A stretch of DNA of 64,000 nt from positions 1-64,000 of the forward strand of contig JAUCBJ010001576.1 of assembly GCA_032718475.1 (NCBI GenBank), given 5' to 3'. Both the position numbers and the translations under genes were made by a program. Every line of letters begins with the position of its first letter. Within the stretch, counting starts at the first letter, position 1. Positions 59,935 to 64,000 of this stretch are shown here, one piece after another. The notes under the pieces were generated by a model. It was not told the origin of the DNA. It made no database searches and worked only from the letters and a program-made list of their open reading frames with translations. The stretch comes from Nemertoderma westbladi. Taxonomy: Eukaryota; Animalia; Xenacoelomorpha.

Positions 59935-60333
59935 CAGCGCTGATATGACGTTTCCGAGAGCGGAAAGCGACAAATTAATCTTGGTGGCCTCCTTGAGTCG
60001 GTCGCCGGTGGATCCGGTTTTAGATTGGCGTTCCGATCCCGCCAAGTCGACGAGGTTTAGTTTCCCGACCCGGATATGGTTCTCCCCATCCATGCCGGTA
60101 TCCGAGCACTCCACGGTTATAATGAATATGGCGTGGGACCGGGAACTGTGCTCGTTCATGTTGGTGGCACCCACCGATCTGTTCTTAGTACCCACTGTCA
60201 TCACGTGCTCGATTTCCTTAACACTCTTGGTAACGAAGCTGAGGAGGTCCTTCACATATATTCCGGTGTCTGGCCGTTCTTTCAGCTCGAGGCGTTTACT
60301 CTGGTCCTTCGCAAGGAGATCGCGAATGTCTTC
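59935..60333 (-). CDS. KIF3B: KIF3B-like internal exon (motor domain, switch I/II)
   Basis: ttccttAG|GAA..CTG|gtaagt, 133 codons: [59 protein letters not shown]. The N-terminal motor exons (P-loop) are not found in the window. Confidence 0.95.
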
Positions 60334-61351
60334 CTAAGGAATAAATAATAATGAAATAATCAAGTAAGGCGTCGAAAGGACTAATAACAATCACAATTAA
60401 TACATGGTGAACCTGGCTTAACATCCTTTTTTACAATAAGATACATCCCAGTCGGGGTAAATATAACTTTGAACCTGGCTTAACATCTTGCTTTACATAC
60501 TATAAAGATTACGGCAAGAAGTAACATTAATTACTTTCAATTTTGGTAGAATGCAGTGATACTTATTGCCAGTACCGGTCCACTCTGTATTTAGTACCAA
60601 TGCTTTATTGGTTGGCCGTAAACTCCTTAACATTTATACTGTAGCCCTCTAGGTATAATTACTGTTCATTACGTATGTATTGCCATGACCCTTATTGGGA
60701 TAAAGGCAAATTTGAATAATAATAATAATAATAATAAGTCATTGCTATGATTTATATTACTACTGGTCTGGTACCGGTAGTACCTGTATTATGACATTCA
60801 TTATTGGTTTAAAAGTTATAGTTCATATCCGTACCTGTGGTATTTTCGTATTGCAAAAATAAGACTATAAGTATGAAATACCCTATGTTATTGAGATATT
60901 GTTTATTGTTTTGGTTAGACGAATTGACAAACTACCAAACAAATTGACATGAAAGTAGGTGGCGGATGCCAATAGCAATAATTGAGCCTATATGTGTCTA
61001 TTATAGTTGTATCTGTATCAATTAAATTATTAAAAGATTTTTTAAAAAGCACCGTCGGTGCCGTAACATCTAACTGACAACTGAGTTTTAACAATTATTA
61101 TGTTAAAATAAACAGTAATAGTACTGTCTGACTCCTGACTGTACTGCAGTAAATCTACATTTTTATAGGTAAGTTAAGTTAGCCACACGTCTACAGGTCT
61201 ATAGCAGTATAGAGCCTAAATTGAAATAATTTTCAATATTTTATTTTACGGGTCAAACTGTCAAAAAAAACCAATTGTTATACTGTTATAGGCCTACCGG
61301 TACTGGACAATACTCTGTTAGTCTTTTATGCTAAAAATAAATTACTAAAAT

Positions 61352-63946
61352 ATGGAAGAAGTTAAATGTCAATCTCCTAATGAATCTGATAACGTCGAAG
61401 ACGACGTTAATGAAGATGAGTTGGATAGCGAAGGGAACGAGGACAGCGAGTATAGCGAGGAATCGGATGACGATGAACCGGTCCACAAATACGAGCGAAT
61501 CGGAAACAACCTCGCCAACCTCCTCTCCAAAGACGCGGCGAGCTGCATGGCGGTCACCGACAAGTTCATCGCTATCGGGACCCACTGGGGGATGGTCCAC
61601 GTCATAGATCACCTAGGCAACAACATAAAGGAGTTCTCGGTGCACACGACCACGGTGAACCAGATCAGCGTCGACTCCCGCGGGGAATACATCGGAAGTT
61701 GCTCGGACGACGGACGCGTCTGTTTAACCGGACTTTACGACGCTGAGAACAACCAAACGATGAACCTCGACTGCCCGGTGAAAGCGATCGCGTTGGATCC
61801 GCGGTTTGCGAGACCGCACAGCGGGAACGCGTTCGTCACCGGGACCGGAGACAAACTCGTCTGGTACGAGAAGTCCTCGTGGTTGGGACGCAGTAAGTCC
61901 TCCGTCCTCCACTCCGGCGAGGGGCCCATACGACTCATTAAGTGGCGATCCTGCTTCCTCTCTTGGGCGAACGACTTGGGCGTCAACGTCTACGACTGTC
62001 AGTTCAAACAGCGATTCTCCTACATAGCCAAGGACGACCCGAGTCTGCGACCCGAGTTGCACCGCTGCAACATCTACTGGAAGGACGACACGACCTTCCT
62101 TATCGGCTGGGCCGACGTCCTCAAGATCTGCGTGGTTCGGGACAGATCGACGAGCTCCCGGGATCCCGATCTGCCCTCCCGATGCGTCGAGATCATCGCG
62201 GTTCTCCGAACCGAGTGGTCCATATGCGGCCTGGCCTCCAAGGACGACCTGGTCGTGGCCTTGGCCTACCTCAGTGAGGGGCCGCGTCTCGCCGACGAGA
62301 TGGACGGCGCACGTCGGCCGCAACTCCACGTAATAAAACCTTTAATAAACGATTACGACGACGTGAACAGCGACGCGCTCACCGTGAACTCCTTCCATCT
62401 GTATCGCAGCAACGAGTACCATCTGGACTGTCTACTAGAGGAGTCCGTCTACTTCATACTGAGCCCCCAAGACCTGATCATAGCGCGACCCCGGGACCAT
62501 GACGACCACATCCAGTGGCTGGTGGAGCGCGGCCGCTTCATCGAGGCGCTTAAATCGGCGTCTGAAAGCCCGTCGGACCTCCGGAACTACAGCGTCGCGT
62601 CCATCGGGGAGGCCTACATGAAGCACCTCATAGAGGAAGGTGAGTTCGAGGAGGCGGCGAGACAGTCCCAGACGGTTCTCGGACGCTCCAAACAGCTGTG
62701 GGAGGAACAAGTATACAAGTTCGCGAAGCTCAAACAACTCCGGGTTATCAGCTCGTACCTCCCGACCCGCGAGCCGCGACTCAACCAGACCGTCTACGAA
62801 CTCATCCTCAACGAGTTCCTCCAATCCAACGTGGATCGCTTCGCCGAGATCGTCAACGACTGGCCCAGCGATATCTACGACATCCACACGGTGATCAACG
62901 CGGTGCTGGACCGTCTGATCTCCCGACCCGGCGACCCCGTTCTCCTAGAGAGCCTCGCTAGACTCCACTCCTACGACCGTCGCTACGATCGGGCGCTCAG
63001 CATCTACCTCGACCTCTCCCACCCCAACACCTTCCAACTCATCGACAAACACAACCTCGCGCACTGCATCAACGACAAGGTCGTCGCGCTCATCGAGTTG
63101 GACGCGAGTAAAGCGATCCCCTTGCTGTTGGACAACCTGCAACACGTTCCCATAGAGACAGTGGTGGACCAACTGGAAGACTTTCCCCGCTACCTGCACA
63201 CCTACCTGGACAGTCTCTACAAGAAGGACCGCGCTATCAGCAAGGGCTTCCACTCGCGACAAGTCCAACTCTACGCGGATTACGAGCCCCACAAACTGAT
63301 GGACTTCCTCAAGGATTCCGATTATTATCCGCTGCCCAAAGCCGTGAAGGTCTGCAGAGACCGAGGCTTCACTGCGGAAGTCGTCTACCTGCTGGGGCGG
63401 ATGGGGAACTGGAAGGAAGCCTTGAGACTAATCATAGAGGACCTCAAAGACGTGAGGAAAGCCATCGAGTTCGCTAAGGACATCCAGGATAACGAACTGT
63501 GGAGGGATCTCATCGAGTATTCGATGGATAAGCCGGAGTTTATCCGGGGGTTGTTGCAGCACTCGGGGACGCACATCAACCCCCTCCAGGTGGTCCAACA
63601 GATCCCCCGGGATCTACACGTCCCGGACCTTCAGGTCTCCCTCGTTAAGATCCTCCACGATTACAACCTGCAGGTCTCCTTGCGGGAGGGCTGCAGTCGC
63701 ATCCTCGTCTCCGATTGCTTCTCGTTGTTCGACCGACTCTACCGGGGCGTTAAACGCGGCCAGTCCGTCTCGTCCCACTGTCCCGTGTGCCGGAACCCCG
63801 TGCTGAGTTGCAGCACGGACGCGGCACTCTTCCAGTGTCTGCACACCTACCACGGCGAGTGCACGCCGGTGGGACCCCACGGTATATTCTGTAACGTCTG
63901 CAGCACAAAGCAACAGAAGGACAGATCTAGAACATTGTCTCGATAG
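61352..63946 (+). CDS. VPS41: Vacuolar protein sorting 41 (HOPS subunit), 864 aa, intronless CDS
   Basis: Acidic N-terminus then EP..KYERI..DAASCMAV.DKF.A.GTHWG; WD40 propeller (GEYIGSCSDDGRV); RDHDDHIQWL; clathrin-repeat region (VYLLGRMGN..ALRLI; LVKILHDYNLQVSLREGC); C-terminal RING-H2-like CPVC..C.H.YH.EC..CNVC. Confidence 0.96.
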   Translation: MEEVKCQSPNESDNVEDDVNEDELDSEGNEDSEYSEESDDDEPVHKYERIGNNLANLLSKDAASCMAVTDKFIAIGTHWGMVHVIDHLGNNIKEFSVHTTTVNQISVDSRGEYIGSCSDDGRVCLTGLYDAENNQTMNLDCPVKAIALDPRFARPHSGNAFVTGTGDKLVWYEKSSWLGRSKSSVLHSGEGPIRLIKWRSCFLSWANDLGVNVYDCQFKQRFSYIAKDDPSLRPELHRCNIYWKDDTTFLIGWADVLKICVVRDRSTSSRDPDLPSRCVEIIAVLRTEWSICGLASKDDLVVALAYLSEGPRLADEMDGARRPQLHVIKPLINDYDDVNSDALTVNSFHLYRSNEYHLDCLLEESVYFILSPQDLIIARPRDHDDHIQWLVERGRFIEALKSASESPSDLRNYSVASIGEAYMKHLIEEGEFEEAARQSQTVLGRSKQLWEEQVYKFAKLKQLRVISSYLPTREPRLNQTVYELILNEFLQSNVDRFAEIVNDWPSDIYDIHTVINAVLDRLISRPGDPVLLESLARLHSYDRRYDRALSIYLDLSHPNTFQLIDKHNLAHCINDKVVALIELDASKAIPLLLDNLQHVPIETVVDQLEDFPRYLHTYLDSLYKKDRAISKGFHSRQVQLYADYEPHKLMDFLKDSDYYPLPKAVKVCRDRGFTAEVVYLLGRMGNWKEALRLIIEDLKDVRKAIEFAKDIQDNELWRDLIEYSMDKPEFIRGLLQHSGTHINPLQVVQQIPRDLHVPDLQVSLVKILHDYNLQVSLREGCSRILVSDCFSLFDRLYRGVKRGQSVSSHCPVCRNPVLSCSTDAALFQCLHTYHGECTPVGPHGIFCNVCSTKQQKDRSRTLSR

Positions 63947-64000
63947 ATCCTGTCTTATATAACCTAATTAAATTCCTAACTGGTGCCTTAGAGTAATTTA

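Noticed and set aside
61331-63913. Antisense and alternate-frame ORFs overlapping VPS41 (and similar ones over gag-pol and the KIF3B exons)
   Set aside because: Shadow ORFs expected from GC3-rich coding sequence; none shows kinesin or other domain motifs.

Overview
Eukaryotic, almost certainly invertebrate animal, genomic DNA; the species cannot be identified from the sequence alone. From left to right: (1) a full-length 15.6-kb BEL/Pao LTR retrotransposon on the minus strand (247-15810; TG..CA LTRs of about 1.17 kb; 5-bp TSD TACAT; intact 2711-aa Gag-Pol). It has no tRNA-type PBS and instead carries an 11-nt site complementary to its own LTR, suggesting self-priming. It also has an interrupted accessory zinc-knuckle reading frame downstream of pol. 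(2) Two tandem NAT8/camello-like GNAT genes that look gene-converted, separated by RTE-like LINE fragments. (3) The 3' seven coding exons of a kinesin-2 KIF3B-like gene (minus strand), two of whose introns are inflated to 16-18 kb by three unrelated satellites (51, 24 and 20 bp). The 51-bp satellite carries an RFX X-box-like motif in each unit and is split by a 5.2-kb foldback/MULE-like element with a 9-bp TSD. (4) A VPS41 gene with an intronless CDS on the plus strand, apparently nested in an upstream KIF3B intron. The giant ORFs over the satellites are translation artefacts.
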